A stretch of DNA of 61,983 nucleotides, filler included, from 6 parts of 6 records of this genome joined end to end with filler, not necessarily neighbours in it; one strand, 5' to 3'. Shown: positions 38,840 to 49,655, counted from the first letter of the whole stretch. A program made the numbers and translations. Notes: generated by a model not told the origin, from the sequence alone.

Positions 38840-39232
38840 TTACGGGTAGAGATAATACTTGTCCCAGTCAGACCGGGGCACGATCTTGCCGATCTTGAAA
38901 CTGAATTTTCTGACCTTGAGCTCGGTGGAATCTGCTTCGCAGTGATAAGAAAGACGATACCAGGTTTCGCGCGAACGAAAGACGGCACCGTTGGCATCAA
39001 TCGTCGTGCCAACGACTTTCGGCGCTGCAAAGCTATAGGCAATCACCTTGTTCGGCGAAAGATCAGACCGGGCAGCCTCAATGCGGTTAAGTGCCTCAAT
39101 ATCACAGCGCTGCTCCAACTCTTCCTCGGGCGAAAGCCGCTCCAACTCGCTGATAACGCGCTTATTCAGCGCCAATGCCTGCGAACTCCACCCCGTAGCG
39201 ACAGCAAGACCAATCGCCAACCAAACTTTCAT
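38840..39232 (-). CDS. DUF930-like exported protein
   Basis: Signal peptide; EQRCDIEA, GAVFRSRETWYRLSYHC and VPRSDW. Confidence 0.75.
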   Translation of the reverse strand: MKVWLAIGLAVATGWSSQALALNKRVISELERLSPEEELEQRCDIEALNRIEAARSDLSPNKVIAYSFAAPKVVGTTIDANGAVFRSRETWYRLSYHCEADSTELKVRKFSFKIGKIVPRSDWDKYYLYP

Positions 39233-39390
39233 TCCTTATCCTCACGCAACCAACTGTGTAACAACATAACGTTTTAGCTTTATCTGAAACTTCATCATGT
39301 CAAGATCAAGGCAACACGCTTTCGCCTTGATGAAGACAGATCCAGCCCCTATCTTCCAGCCTCCAGTCCAACCAGAGGTCGGTCAACATC

Positions 39391-41505
39391 GTGACACGCT
39401 TTTCCAATCTGCCCCAGCCACCAAAAGCCCGCAAACAGGCCGTTTCCGATACGCACCACGGAAAAACGCGAACAGATGATTACGCCTGGCTGCGTGCAGA
39501 AAACTGGCAGGCCATGTTCAAGGATCCAACGATTCTTGAACCCGCCATCCGTAAGCATCTGGAAGCGGAAAACGACTATATGAAGGCGGCGACGGCTGAC
39601 ACCGAAGCCCTGCAGAAAAAGCTGTTTGCCGAAATGCGTGGCCGAATCAAGGAAGATGACAGCTCTATCCCGATGAAGGATGGGCCTTACGCTTATGGCA
39701 CCGCATTTCGCACCGGCGGAGAACAGCCCTATTTTTTTCGCATTCCGCGCGATGGCGATATCCACGACCCGGATTTGCGCGAAATTCTGCTCGATGGTGA
39801 CAGGCAGGCAGATGGCAAGGCCTATTTTGATATCGGCGATTTCGATTGCACGACCGATCACAGCCGCGCCAGTTGGAGTTATGACGACAAGGGCTCGGAA
39901 TTTTACACGATCCGGATCCGTGAACTTGCTTCCGGCAAAGATCTGGAAGACAGGCTTGAAAACACCGGTGGCGACGCCGTCTGGGCACCGGACGGAAAGA
40001 GCCTGTTTTATACCGAGGTCGATGATAACCACCGCCCATCGAAGGTATTTCATCATGTCGTCGGCACAAAACAGCACGAGGACCGGCTGGTTTACGAAGA
40101 AGCCGATCCGGGGTTTTTCGTCGGCATTGATGGCTCACTGATCGATGATTTCATCTATATCGACATCCATGACCACCAAACGTCCGAAGTCCGGTTAATC
40201 CCGACCGGCGACCTGACACGCAAGCCGGAAATCGTTGCCGAGCGCGAGACCATGGTCGAGTATGACATGACCGAAGGCGGTGATGTTTTCTACATTCTGA
40301 CCAATGACGACGGTGCCAAGGACTTCAAGATCATGGAAGCACCGGTCACAGCACCGGGCAAGGAAAACTGGAAAGAGGTTGTCCCGCATGAACCTGGCCG
40401 GCTTATCCTCAGCCATGTTGCCTACAAGCGGCACCTGATCTGGCTGGAACGCTTCAATGGCCTGCCGCGCATCATGATCCGGGAGCGCGCCACTGGCGAT
40501 GAACACGCCATCGCCTTTGACGAGGAAGCCTACTCTCTGGGCCTTCAGGGCTGGGCGGAATATGACACCGACGTCATCCGCTTCTCATACTCATCCATGA
40601 CAACCCCGAGCCAGCTTTTCGATTATAACATGGTCACGCGGGAGCGGACGCTTCTTAAAACACAGGAAGTTCCGTCAGGGCATGATCCGGATGATTATGT
40701 CACCCGCCGCATCCACGCCAAAGCTGAAGACGGCGAACTTGTGCCCGTCAGCCTTGTCTATCACAAGGACACACCGCTGGATGGCTCCGCTCCGTGTTTG
40801 CTTTATGGCTACGGCGCCTATGGCATCTCGGTTCCCGCCTCGTTTTCCACCAATTGCCTGTCTCTCGCGGACCGGGGTTTTGTCTATGCCATCGCCCATA
40901 TTCGCGGCGGCAAGGACAAGGGTTTTGCCTGGTATGAGGCTGGCAAGATGTTCTCCAAGAAGAACACCTTTTCCGATTTCATCGCTGCAGCGGATGCACT
41001 TGTGGCCGAAGGCTTTACATCACACGGCAACATCGTTGCTGAAGGCGGCTCTGCCGGCGGCATGTTGATGGGTGCGATTGCCAATATGGCACCTGAAAAA
41101 TTCTCCGGTATTGTCGCGGCTGTTCCGTTTGTCGATGTCTTGACCACGATGCTTGATGATACGCTGCCACTGACCCCGCCTGAGTGGCCCGAATGGGGTA
41201 ATCCGATCAAATCCGAAAGTGCTTATGATTATATCGCCAGCTACAGTCCCTATGACAACGTAGCCGCCAAACCCTACCCGGCTATTCTGGCTCTGGCGGG
41301 CCTGACAGACCCGCGCGTGACCTACTGGGAACCGGCGAAGTGGGTCGCCAGGCTGCGTGAGTACACGACAGGAAAGGAGCCGATCCTGCTGAAAACCAAT
41401 CTGGATGCCGGCCACGGCGGAGCATCCGGCAGGTTCGAGCGCTTGAATGAGATCGCACTGGAATACGCCTTCGCAATCAAGGTTGCGGATAAAGTCGATG
41501 CGTGA
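39391..41505 (+). CDS. ptrB: Oligopeptidase B (S9A)
   Basis: DDYAWLR, YGYGAYG, GGSAGG, EWPEWGNP, DPRV and AGHGG. Confidence 0.95.
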   Translation: MTRFSNLPQPPKARKQAVSDTHHGKTRTDDYAWLRAENWQAMFKDPTILEPAIRKHLEAENDYMKAATADTEALQKKLFAEMRGRIKEDDSSIPMKDGPYAYGTAFRTGGEQPYFFRIPRDGDIHDPDLREILLDGDRQADGKAYFDIGDFDCTTDHSRASWSYDDKGSEFYTIRIRELASGKDLEDRLENTGGDAVWAPDGKSLFYTEVDDNHRPSKVFHHVVGTKQHEDRLVYEEADPGFFVGIDGSLIDDFIYIDIHDHQTSEVRLIPTGDLTRKPEIVAERETMVEYDMTEGGDVFYILTNDDGAKDFKIMEAPVTAPGKENWKEVVPHEPGRLILSHVAYKRHLIWLERFNGLPRIMIRERATGDEHAIAFDEEAYSLGLQGWAEYDTDVIRFSYSSMTTPSQLFDYNMVTRERTLLKTQEVPSGHDPDDYVTRRIHAKAEDGELVPVSLVYHKDTPLDGSAPCLLYGYGAYGISVPASFSTNCLSLADRGFVYAIAHIRGGKDKGFAWYEAGKMFSKKNTFSDFIAAADALVAEGFTSHGNIVAEGGSAGGMLMGAIANMAPEKFSGIVAAVPFVDVLTTMLDDTLPLTPPEWPEWGNPIKSESAYDYIASYSPYDNVAAKPYPAILALAGLTDPRVTYWEPAKWVARLREYTTGKEPILLKTNLDAGHGGASGRFERLNEIALEYAFAIKVADKVDA

Positions 41506-41554
41506 TCAGAAACCGACCTTTTGACGCCATCAAGCGCTAAGGAGCACCTGCCGC

Positions 41555-42850
41555 ATGAAGTTTGAGATGTCCCGGCGCCTGTGGGTGCTTTCACGGACCA
41601 TGCGGCAGATATGGTTCATAGCTGCAATCTATTGCGTAGCCGGAATTGCGACTGCCCTCATCGGAATTCTGCTCGACCCTTATATTCCGCCTGGAATCGG
41701 CAAGACAATCGGTGCGAATTCGGTCAGTTCATTGCTGACGATCATTGCCAGCAGTATGCTGACAGTGTTGATTTTCTCTTTGAACACGGTGGTTCAGGCA
41801 ACCTCGGCCGCCGCCAGCAGTGCAACGCCGCGTGCGGTTGGCACATTGCTGGAGGATCGCACCACCCAATCAGCCCTTTCTACCTTTCTGGGCTCCTTTA
41901 TCTTCAGCCTCGTCGGACTGATTGCGCTCAACACCAATCTTTATGGTGATGGCGGCCGTCTGGTGCTGTTTGTCGCCACGCTGGCGGTCATCGTTCTGAT
42001 CGTTGTGATCCTGCTGCGCTGGATCAACTACCTCGGCAAGCTGGGCAAGATCAGCCGCACCATTGAACAGGTGGAATCATCAGCAAGAACTGCCATGCGC
42101 ACCTATCGTGGCAACCCATATCTTGGCGGAACACCGTATGACGATCCGTTACCGGCGGGCCTGCATATGGTTGAACTGGATAAGATCGGCTATCTGCGCT
42201 TTGTCGATATCACCGTACTGGATACAGTCGCAGAAAAGCTGGACGCCGACATCTATTTGCTGGCACGCTCCGGCGCACTGGTTGCGCCGGGCCGTTATGT
42301 GGCCGGCATATTGCTGAAGGAAGGACAGGCCCTGCCGGATGACGATACTCTTGCCACCCTGCACAGTGCCTTTACCATCGGCAACGAGCGCTCCTACACG
42401 CAGGATCCGCTTTACGGGCTGACCGTCCTTTCGCAGGTCGCTGTCAGAGCACTTTCGCCTGCCGTCAATGATCCTGGAACCGCCATTGATGTGACAGGAC
42501 ATCTGCTGCGGGTGATGACCGAAGGCAAGGACTTGGAGCCCGTTTCAGAACCGGACTACCCGCGTATTCATGTCCGTGAGATAGAGGCTATCGACTTATT
42601 TGACGCCGCCTTCACCGCAATTTCGCGCGATGGCGCAGGTATGGCGGAGGTCGGTGTTTATCTTCAGCACGCATTTCATGCGCTCAGGTCCGTAGCAATC
42701 TCCGGTTATGAAGATGCAGCCAACGCCTTTTCGATCGTGGCACTGGAGCGCGCGCGCGAAACACTCGCCTTCGATAGCGATATAGAGCGGCTTGAGCGGC
42801 TCGTTGAGGGGCGCAATACAGCACAGCATATCCTTGAACGGAACAATTAG
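41555..42850 (+). CDS. DUF2254-like membrane protein
   Basis: IASSML, ATPRA, QDP and RALSPAVNDPGTA motifs. Confidence 0.85.
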   Translation: MKFEMSRRLWVLSRTMRQIWFIAAIYCVAGIATALIGILLDPYIPPGIGKTIGANSVSSLLTIIASSMLTVLIFSLNTVVQATSAAASSATPRAVGTLLEDRTTQSALSTFLGSFIFSLVGLIALNTNLYGDGGRLVLFVATLAVIVLIVVILLRWINYLGKLGKISRTIEQVESSARTAMRTYRGNPYLGGTPYDDPLPAGLHMVELDKIGYLRFVDITVLDTVAEKLDADIYLLARSGALVAPGRYVAGILLKEGQALPDDDTLATLHSAFTIGNERSYTQDPLYGLTVLSQVAVRALSPAVNDPGTAIDVTGHLLRVMTEGKDLEPVSEPDYPRIHVREIEAIDLFDAAFTAISRDGAGMAEVGVYLQHAFHALRSVAISGYEDAANAFSIVALERARETLAFDSDIERLERLVEGRNTAQHILERNN

Positions 42851-43114
42851 TTCGCGTCGCCGTTAAATGTCTAAGATGGTCGGGAGAGTTCCCGTGCATC
42901 TGAAATATAAGGAGTTCGGGGGCGAAGGCTGTCTGGGGCAGTATCTTAATTCTGAATCTTAATTTTTAAGTGTCCGGATTTCACGCCCCGATGCTGGAGC
43001 GCCATGCAGTCTCTGCTGCAAAACAACTATGGCCGCTCTGGTTCACTGCAGAAACGCACCATTCCGAATGACGATTTCCTCGTTTTCGGCCGGTGCGTCG
43101 GGAGACGATGAACC

Positions 43115-45436
43115 ATGATATTTCTGACGAGCCTCGTTTTTGCTCTCATCGGCCTTTTTCTGGGCGGTGGCGGCATCTGGCTGATCACCCTTGGTGGCAG
43201 CTGGTATTACCTGTTTTCTGGCATCGCATTTCTTGCGACTGCTGTTTTGATCTTTATCCGCAGCCCGCTGGCCTACTGGATTTACGGTCTGACGATCCTG
43301 ACCTCCCTTGTCTGGGCACTTTGGGAGGTTGGCTTTGACTGGTGGCAGCTTGGCACGCGCGGCGGCCTGATCGTGCTGCTGGGACTCTGGATGCTGACGC
43401 CATGGATCCGAAAACCGATCCTGGCAAACACCAGAAATGAAACTTTGGCAAAAGGTGCAGCATGGCCAACCGCAATTGCGACGGCTGCCGCAATTATCGT
43501 TGCCGGCATTTCTCTGACAACAGATCCACATGCGATCTCCGGCGAACTGCCGGGCATTCGCAATGCGAATACCAGCGCCACTGAACGCGTTCCCGATAAC
43601 GAGTGGCACGCTTATGGCCGGTCAGAAAAGGGCCAGCGTTATTCGCCACTAGACCAGATCAATACAGAGAATGTCGCCAATCTTGAGCTTGCATGGCAGG
43701 CACAGACTGGTGACATGAAAGTGCCCAATGATGTGGTTGAGACCACGTATGAAAACACGCCGCTGATGGTGAATGACACGCTTTATGTGTGTACCCCGCA
43801 CAGTTGGGCCATGGCATTCGATGCGAAAACCGGTGAGCAGAAATGGAAATTTGACCCTGAGGTGCCGGTTGATGGAAACCGTCAGCATCAGACCTGCCGA
43901 GGCGTTACCTATTATGATGATCCTGACATTTCAGACGGCGAGCGCTGCAAGGAGCGGATCTACCTGCCAACGTCGGATGCCCGGTTGATTGCACTGAATG
44001 CAGCCGACGGCACGATCTGCGAATCTTTTGCGGATAACGGTACGCTGCATCTTCAACAGAACATGCCTTACAAGACGCAAGGGTACTACTACTCAACTTC
44101 GGCACCTCTGGCAATTGCGGGCAAGATTGTTGTCGGCGGCTCGGTGAATGACAACTATTCGACCGACAGCCCGTCCGGCGTCATACGTGCTTATGATATC
44201 GACACAGGCGAACTGGTATGGAACTTCGATAGCGGCAACCCGGCGCAAACCGAACCTCTCGGGCCGGATGAAACCTACACCAAAAACTCACCGAACAGCT
44301 GGTCTGTCATGTCCGGTGACAGCGATCTCGGCCTCATCTATGCGCCGATGGGCAATCGTACGCCCGACCAGCTCGGCATGAACCGGTCGCCTTCAGAAGA
44401 AAAATACTCTTCCGGCATTCTGGCGCTGGATGCAGAAACCGGCGAACCGGCCTGGTTCTTTCAGGGCGTCCACCATGATCTTTGGGACATGGATGCCCCC
44501 GCACAACCGGCACTACTGGATCTGACCATCGATGGCGAAGACGTTCCGGCCTTGGTGGCGGCGACGAAGCAGGGTGAGATATTCGTGCTGAACAGGCAGA
44601 CAGGCGAACCGATCCTGCCGGTGGAAGAAGTGCCTGCGCCGCAGGAAGGCGGCATTCCGGAAGAAAAGGAGCTTTCACCGACTCAACCGGTTTCCGCCCT
44701 GTCCTTCAACCCGCCAAAGCTGACAGGCAAGGATATGTGGGGCGTCACGCCACTTGATCAGTTGGCTTGCCGGATCAAGTTGAAGCAATATAACTACGAG
44801 GGCCGGTACACGCCGCCGTCAACCAAGGGAACGATTGTCTATCCCGGTAATTTCGGCACCTTTAACTGGGGCTCGGTCGCAGTTGACCCGGAACGCCAGA
44901 TCATGTTCGGCATGCCGGTTTATATGGCCTACACCTCGACACTCGTGCCGAAAACCGACCCCAGGGCACCGACACAAGGCATCAACTCCAATAACGGCGC
45001 ACCTTATGCCGTCGCCTTCTCGACCCTGCTCGGCCCACTGGGCATCCCCTGCCAGGCGCCACCATGGGGCTATGTTGCGGGTGCTGATCTGACAACAGGT
45101 GAAATCGTCTGGAAGCACAAGAACGGCACCATTCAGGATATGAACCCGCTGGGCCTCAAGATCAAAATGGGCGTTCCCGGCATCGGTGGTCCGATTGTCA
45201 CCAAGGGCGGTGTCGCGTTTCTTGGCGCAGCGATGGATAACTATATCCGCGGCTATAATGTGACGAATGGTGAACAACTGTGGGAAGCCCGCCTTCCCGC
45301 TGGCGGACAGGCAACACCCATGACCTATGAAACAAGCGATGGCACACAGTATGTGGTGATTGTCGCCGGTGGGCATGGCTCTGTCGGCACAAAAAGCGGA
45401 GATTACATAATGGCCTACAAACTGCCGGAAAGCTGA
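43115..45436 (+). CDS. gcd: Membrane-bound PQQ-dependent glucose/quinate/shikimate dehydrogenase
   Basis: Five N-terminal TMs (GGSWYY); RYSPLDQIN, TCRGV, HHDLWDMD and GGQATPMTY. Confidence 0.93.
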   Translation: MIFLTSLVFALIGLFLGGGGIWLITLGGSWYYLFSGIAFLATAVLIFIRSPLAYWIYGLTILTSLVWALWEVGFDWWQLGTRGGLIVLLGLWMLTPWIRKPILANTRNETLAKGAAWPTAIATAAAIIVAGISLTTDPHAISGELPGIRNANTSATERVPDNEWHAYGRSEKGQRYSPLDQINTENVANLELAWQAQTGDMKVPNDVVETTYENTPLMVNDTLYVCTPHSWAMAFDAKTGEQKWKFDPEVPVDGNRQHQTCRGVTYYDDPDISDGERCKERIYLPTSDARLIALNAADGTICESFADNGTLHLQQNMPYKTQGYYYSTSAPLAIAGKIVVGGSVNDNYSTDSPSGVIRAYDIDTGELVWNFDSGNPAQTEPLGPDETYTKNSPNSWSVMSGDSDLGLIYAPMGNRTPDQLGMNRSPSEEKYSSGILALDAETGEPAWFFQGVHHDLWDMDAPAQPALLDLTIDGEDVPALVAATKQGEIFVLNRQTGEPILPVEEVPAPQEGGIPEEKELSPTQPVSALSFNPPKLTGKDMWGVTPLDQLACRIKLKQYNYEGRYTPPSTKGTIVYPGNFGTFNWGSVAVDPERQIMFGMPVYMAYTSTLVPKTDPRAPTQGINSNNGAPYAVAFSTLLGPLGIPCQAPPWGYVAGADLTTGEIVWKHKNGTIQDMNPLGLKIKMGVPGIGGPIVTKGGVAFLGAAMDNYIRGYNVTNGEQLWEARLPAGGQATPMTYETSDGTQYVVIVAGGHGSVGTKSGDYIMAYKLPES

Positions 45437-45726
45437 AAACGAAAAGACAGGCCGGATTGAGGAAGCGTCGCCCCGTGCGGCGCTTTTCTTGCCCCGCGGC
45501 ATTGCCATCAGCGCGCAAGGTGGCGCTGACCAGTTTCTGGCATGAAAAAGTGCATCCGATGCCGCATCAAGAGCACCAATAAAAACCGAAACGCACCGGA
45601 TTACGGATAGTTCCACTCCGATGTGCCGGTATTTTGACATTTTTCAGGTTGCCGAAAATGCCTGTGGCACCTATGTAAAAGGCAAGCGCCAATTAACAAT
45701 TAAGGCTGCCAAAAGGAGTATTAACG

Positions 45727-46241
45727 ATGGCTTTTGAACTTCCTGAACTGCCCTATGCATATGATGCACTTGCGCCCTACATGTCGGCAGAGACACTCGA
45801 ATTTCACCATGACAAGCACCACAACACCTACGTAACGACAGGCAACAAGCTGGCTGAAGAAGCCGGTCTCGGCGACCTTTCGGTTGAAGATGTCATGGTG
45901 AAGGCCTACGGCTCCAACCAGCCGCTGTTCAACAATGCTGCCCAGCACTTCAACCACATGCACTTCTGGAAGTGGATGAAGAAAGATGGCGGCGGCAACA
46001 AGCTGCCAGGCGCACTGGAAAGCGCGTTTTCCTCCGATCTCGGCGGTTTCGACAAGTTCAAGGCAGACTTCATTGCTGCCGGTGTTGGCCAGTTCGGTTC
46101 TGGCTGGGCCTGGGTTGCGGTCAAGAATGGCAAGCTTGAAATCATGAAAACGCCGAACGGTGAAAACCCGGTCGTCCATGGAGCCAAGCCGATCCTCGGC
46201 GTCGACGTGTGGGAGCACTCCTACTACATCGATTACCGCAA
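45727..46241 (+). CDS. sodB: Fe/Mn superoxide dismutase (3' truncated)
   Basis: HHDKHH, NNAAQHFNH, FGSGW and DVWEHSYYIDY. Confidence 0.94.
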
Positions 46242-46341
46242 NNNNNNNNNNNNNNNNNNNNNNNNNNNNNNNNNNNNNNNNNNNNTTAATTAATTAANNN
46301 NNNNNNNNNNNNNNNNNNNNNNNNNNNNNNNNNNNNNNNNN
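46242..46341. other. Artificial contig spacer
   Basis: N-run with TTAATTAATTAA. Confidence 0.98.
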
Positions 46342-46396
46342 CACGCACCCCCTCTCGCTTTTCGGGTCGCGATAATAAACGGGCTTTCGCCGAGCG

Positions 46397-46852
46397 CTAC
46401 TGCGGCTTGACCGTGATCGCCAGGATCATGATCCCCGACTTGTACCGCAATCCAGCCTGGAAGAACGTGCTCCCGGGAGAAACGCGCAGGGTCGTGTTCA
46501 TCTTGTCCGAGATGCCCAGACCCAACTTGACCAGATCTCCGGCATAGCCGTTGAAGGTCAGCGTCAAGCGGTCGTTGTTTGGCAAGCTCACCGACTTCGA
46601 GGAGCCCTGCGCGAGCGACACCGACCGGGAGCCGAGCTGCTTGAAGTTCGTGTACCCAGCAAACGTCACGTTCAGCGTCGACTGGATGTCTTTAAGCTTT
46701 GGATCGACCGACTTCCCATCCTTGGAAGCTGCGATCGAACGCACCGTCACGCTGATATCAGCTGCAGCAGCCGTAGGCGTGAACCCTGTCAGCCCCACAA
46801 ACACCACCCCGAGCAGGAGCAGCATTTGAACGAGCACTCGTTTGGTCTTCAT
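46397..46852 (-). CDS. Exported hypothetical protein, third gene of the ECF locus
   Basis: Sec signal peptide ending AAA, beta-rich mature region, GAGG RBS. Confidence 0.7.
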   Translation of the reverse strand: MKTKRVLVQMLLLLGVVFVGLTGFTPTAAAADISVTVRSIAASKDGKSVDPKLKDIQSTLNVTFAGYTNFKQLGSRSVSLAQGSSKSVSLPNNDRLTLTFNGYAGDLVKLGLGISDKMNTTLRVSPGSTFFQAGLRYKSGIMILAITVKPQ

Positions 46853-46945
46853 CGCTCACCTCGCTGGTGGCCCCGTGATGCTCTCGCATCACTCCCTGGT
46901 CACCAAATCGTTCGTTCTTCGTATCGTATCGCGACCGGGCTGGCA

Positions 46946-48247
46946 TCAGATCGGATTCTTCTGCCAGTCAGGTTTCTTCTCTTTCGCGTCGCCCCCGTCA
47001 GCGGGAGCTTCTTTCGAAGGCTCGGCCTTCTTCGCCCCATCCGCAGCCTCATCGGACTCGTCTGCGGCGCCGTCGCCTTCTTCGGGGACTTCATTCGGAT
47101 CGATCAACCAGATGACGGTAGGAGCTTCGGGTTCAGCGTTCTCTGCCCCTTCTGCGTCCTCCTCGCTCTCGGTGGTCATGCTCGCCTGCTGCATCGGGCC
47201 CGTCACGATGACAGATTTGCCATCCCCGTACTCGACGCTGTCGACAATGACGACCGTCTTCTCGACCACGCGCGGACCAAAGAGTTTGTCCCCAAAGAGA
47301 CCCATCCCGAGCACTGTGACCAGCACCGCAGCGAGCGCGATAAACGCCTCGCGTCGATGGCTCGTCCCTGTCTCCTCGGGCTTCTCCTCCGCCTTCTCGG
47401 TGCGCTTTTGCTCGAGCGAGATGACCTGCGCCTTGCCGCCGAACTCATCCGCGAGTTCGGCGCTCACGCCTGCCCACACAGAGCTCAAATCGACACGTTC
47501 CTGAGCTTGCTCCATGGCCACTGTCGCAGCCAGTGAAAGCTCCTCGAGCGCGCCGAGCGTCTCGGCGATCTCCTCGTCGATCTCGGCCCAGGCCATCACC
47601 TGCGCGCGCTCGTGCTCGCTCACCTCACCGTCGTGGTAGCGGTAGAGCAAGACTTGATGATCATCCTGCGTGAACGCAGGACGCTCCGCGGTGGTCGACT
47701 TCTTCTTGGGCTTTTTGGGGAAAGCCACGACCTCGGCCGCTGGTGATGCCTGCTCTTCTTGCTCGAGCCGCGCCGAGAGCGAATCCCAGAAGCCGCCAAA
47801 GTCTACCTCGGCGACCTCTTCCTGATGTCCGCGCTCGAAGACCTCGCCAAGCTCGGTCATCCCGAGCAAGTACTCGGCGACGTCCTCTCTCGCCTCGAGC
47901 AAGAGCTCGACCTCGTCCATCTCCTCTGCGGTCGCCTCGCCATCGTGAAAGCGATCGAGCAAGCCGATGAGATCCTCCAGGGGAAGCTCCATCGGCGAAC
48001 GCTCACCTGCGATCGCAGGCGCTGCCACAGCGCTGACCGCAGGCGCATCCACGCGCTCCCAAGCCTCTTGCTCGGCAGCGCATGTGGCGACATGCACTTC
48101 TTCGAGCGAGTCGACGAACGCGACGGCCTCCTCGCTCTCCTGCAACAACGCGCGCGCTTCGGCCTCCTGTGCGGTGCTCAAGTCACCGTCCTGGAGTCGC
48201 TGCAACAAGACACGCTGTTCGTATGTCAATTTCTCGAGCGCTTTCAT
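46946..48247 (-). CDS. Transmembrane anti-sigma factor with three Cys-less zf-HC2-like repeats
   Basis: LLQRLQDGDLS, LLDRFHDGEAT and LLYRYHDGEVS repeats plus one TM; directly downstream of an ECF sigma. Confidence 0.75.
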   Translation of the reverse strand: MKALEKLTYEQRVLLQRLQDGDLSTAQEAEARALLQESEEAVAFVDSLEEVHVATCAAEQEAWERVDAPAVSAVAAPAIAGERSPMELPLEDLIGLLDRFHDGEATAEEMDEVELLLEAREDVAEYLLGMTELGEVFERGHQEEVAEVDFGGFWDSLSARLEQEEQASPAAEVVAFPKKPKKKSTTAERPAFTQDDHQVLLYRYHDGEVSEHERAQVMAWAEIDEEIAETLGALEELSLAATVAMEQAQERVDLSSVWAGVSAELADEFGGKAQVISLEQKRTEKAEEKPEETGTSHRREAFIALAAVLVTVLGMGLFGDKLFGPRVVEKTVVIVDSVEYGDGKSVIVTGPMQQASMTTESEEDAEGAENAEPEAPTVIWLIDPNEVPEEGDGAADESDEAADGAKKAEPSKEAPADGGDAKEKKPDWQKNPI

Positions 48248-48287
48248 GACGTTTTGCCGGGGTTGGAATGGTCACTCTGCTGTCCGA

Positions 48288-48320
48288 TTGAATAGACGCG
48301 ACCCATTCCTCACTATTCAA
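48288..48320 (-). promoter_or_regulatory. TTGAATAG-N17-CTATTCAA inverted repeat overlapping an ECF-like promoter
   Basis: Perfect 8-bp inverted repeat; the minus strand reads TGAAT-N16-CGTCTA upstream of the anti-sigma gene. Confidence 0.4.
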
Positions 48321-48380
48321 AAGTTTTTTCGGGGTTTCATGCGGTTTTCTGTCCGATCGCGAAGCGATCGAACAGCGCGC

Positions 48381-48986
48381 TCATGAGACCTTCAAATCAC
48401 CCTTGAGATAATCCTTGATCGCCTCCTGGAAGTAGCGCCTCGCGTGGAACAGACGACTCATCACCGTCCCCTTGGAGATATTGAGCACCTCGGCGATCTC
48501 CTCATAGCTCAGTCCTTCGACCTCGCGCAAAATCAAGATCGTGCGGTGCTTCTCCGAGAGCGACTCGAGCGCCTCGAGCATCTTCTCGCGAAGCTCCTTG
48601 CGCCCGTATACCTTGTCGGGATGAATGCCCAGTCGCGAGGGGAGGATGTGCTCCTCGCCCTCGATATCGCCGGAGTCATGCGAGAGGCGGTCGTCGTACT
48701 CGACGCGCTGCACCTTGGAGTTCTTGCGGATGTAGTCGATGCACATGTTCACCGTGATCCGGTAAAGCCATGTGTAGAAGCTCGACTCGCGATTGAACTT
48801 CTCCAGGTAGCGGTAGACCTTGATGAAAACCTCCTGGCTTACATCAAGGCTCGCCTCCTGATCCTTGAGCATCCCGTAGCAGATCGAATAGACCTTACGC
48901 TGGTAGCGCTCGACGAGTTCCTTGAACGCATCCTGATCTCCACCCTGGATGCGCTCGATTAGTTCCAGATCTTCGTTCCCTTCCAC
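48381..48986 (-). CDS. ECF sigma-70 factor (RpoE-like)
   Basis: DVSQEVF, FYTWLYRI, LSYEEIA and GTVMSRLFHAR; GTG start after GGAGAG. Confidence 0.93.
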   Translation of the reverse strand: MEGNEDLELIERIQGGDQDAFKELVERYQRKVYSICYGMLKDQEASLDVSQEVFIKVYRYLEKFNRESSFYTWLYRITVNMCIDYIRKNSKVQRVEYDDRLSHDSGDIEGEEHILPSRLGIHPDKVYGRKELREKMLEALESLSEKHRTILILREVEGLSYEEIAEVLNISKGTVMSRLFHARRYFQEAIKDYLKGDLKVS

Positions 48987-49169
48987 ACGCTCTCCAAGGG
49001 AAGGCCTGCGCCACGCGCACGCGATTCGAGGTGCTCGTGCCCAAACATCATCACCCAAAAAAAGTAACCCGAGGTCCCCGCCCTGTCCCTAAAAACACAC
49101 GCGGCCCTCTTCGCGCTGCACTCTAAACCAAGATCACGCGTTCGGCCAGCAGCCCAAAACCGAGGCAGC

Positions 49170-49565
49170 TCAATCGAACTCGATCCCCTGATCCTCCGCG
49201 CGGTACTTCTTGACGCACGCATAGATTTCCTCACAGAGCTCCGCCTCGGGGCGATCGCAGGGAGGGAGGTTCAGACAGGCGCGCGCCTCTCCGACCGTGA
49301 TCGCGTCACAATCCGGCCCCGTGTAACTGTATCGATTGTCTTCTTTAAAGCGCGTGAACGTGTCCACGCACTCCTGCAAGGAGGCGAACCCCGCCTGCCA
49401 GCCGCCATCACACGCCACCACGGCGTGATCGTACTGCTCGCACATCAGGCGAATATCCCCCTCGGTCAGCTCGGTCATGGCGAGCTCGTTGTTGAGGATC
49501 ACACAGCCGGCCAAAGCAAAGCTGGCGCCAAACGCCAGCAACGGCATCCACCCGCGTCGAATCAT
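49170..49565 (-). CDS. Cys-rich putative lipoprotein
   Basis: Lipobox-like LAGC followed by eight further Cys. Start uncertain. Confidence 0.6.
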   Translation of the reverse strand: MIRRGWMPLLAFGASFALAGCVILNNELAMTELTEGDIRLMCEQYDHAVVACDGGWQAGFASLQECVDTFTRFKEDNRYSYTGPDCDAITVGEARACLNLPPCDRPEAELCEEIYACVKKYRAEDQGIEFD

Positions 49566-49655
49566 CGCAACTCCTCTTCCAAGCAAACCGACGCCACCTC
49601 ACCACTCACCACATCACGCGCGCGTGGGTGATGGCGCCCATGCCCTGTTGAACAC

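Noticed and set aside
42943-42964. ATCTTAATT direct repeat upstream of gcd
   Set aside because: Could be a regulator site, but the 13-bp period does not match CtrA (TTAA-N7-TTAA) or typical OmpR spacing, and the AT-rich context makes chance plausible.
45437-45726. Fur/Irr box upstream of sodB
   Set aside because: No convincing GATAATGATAATCATTATC or TTTAGAA-N3-TTCTAAA match seen.
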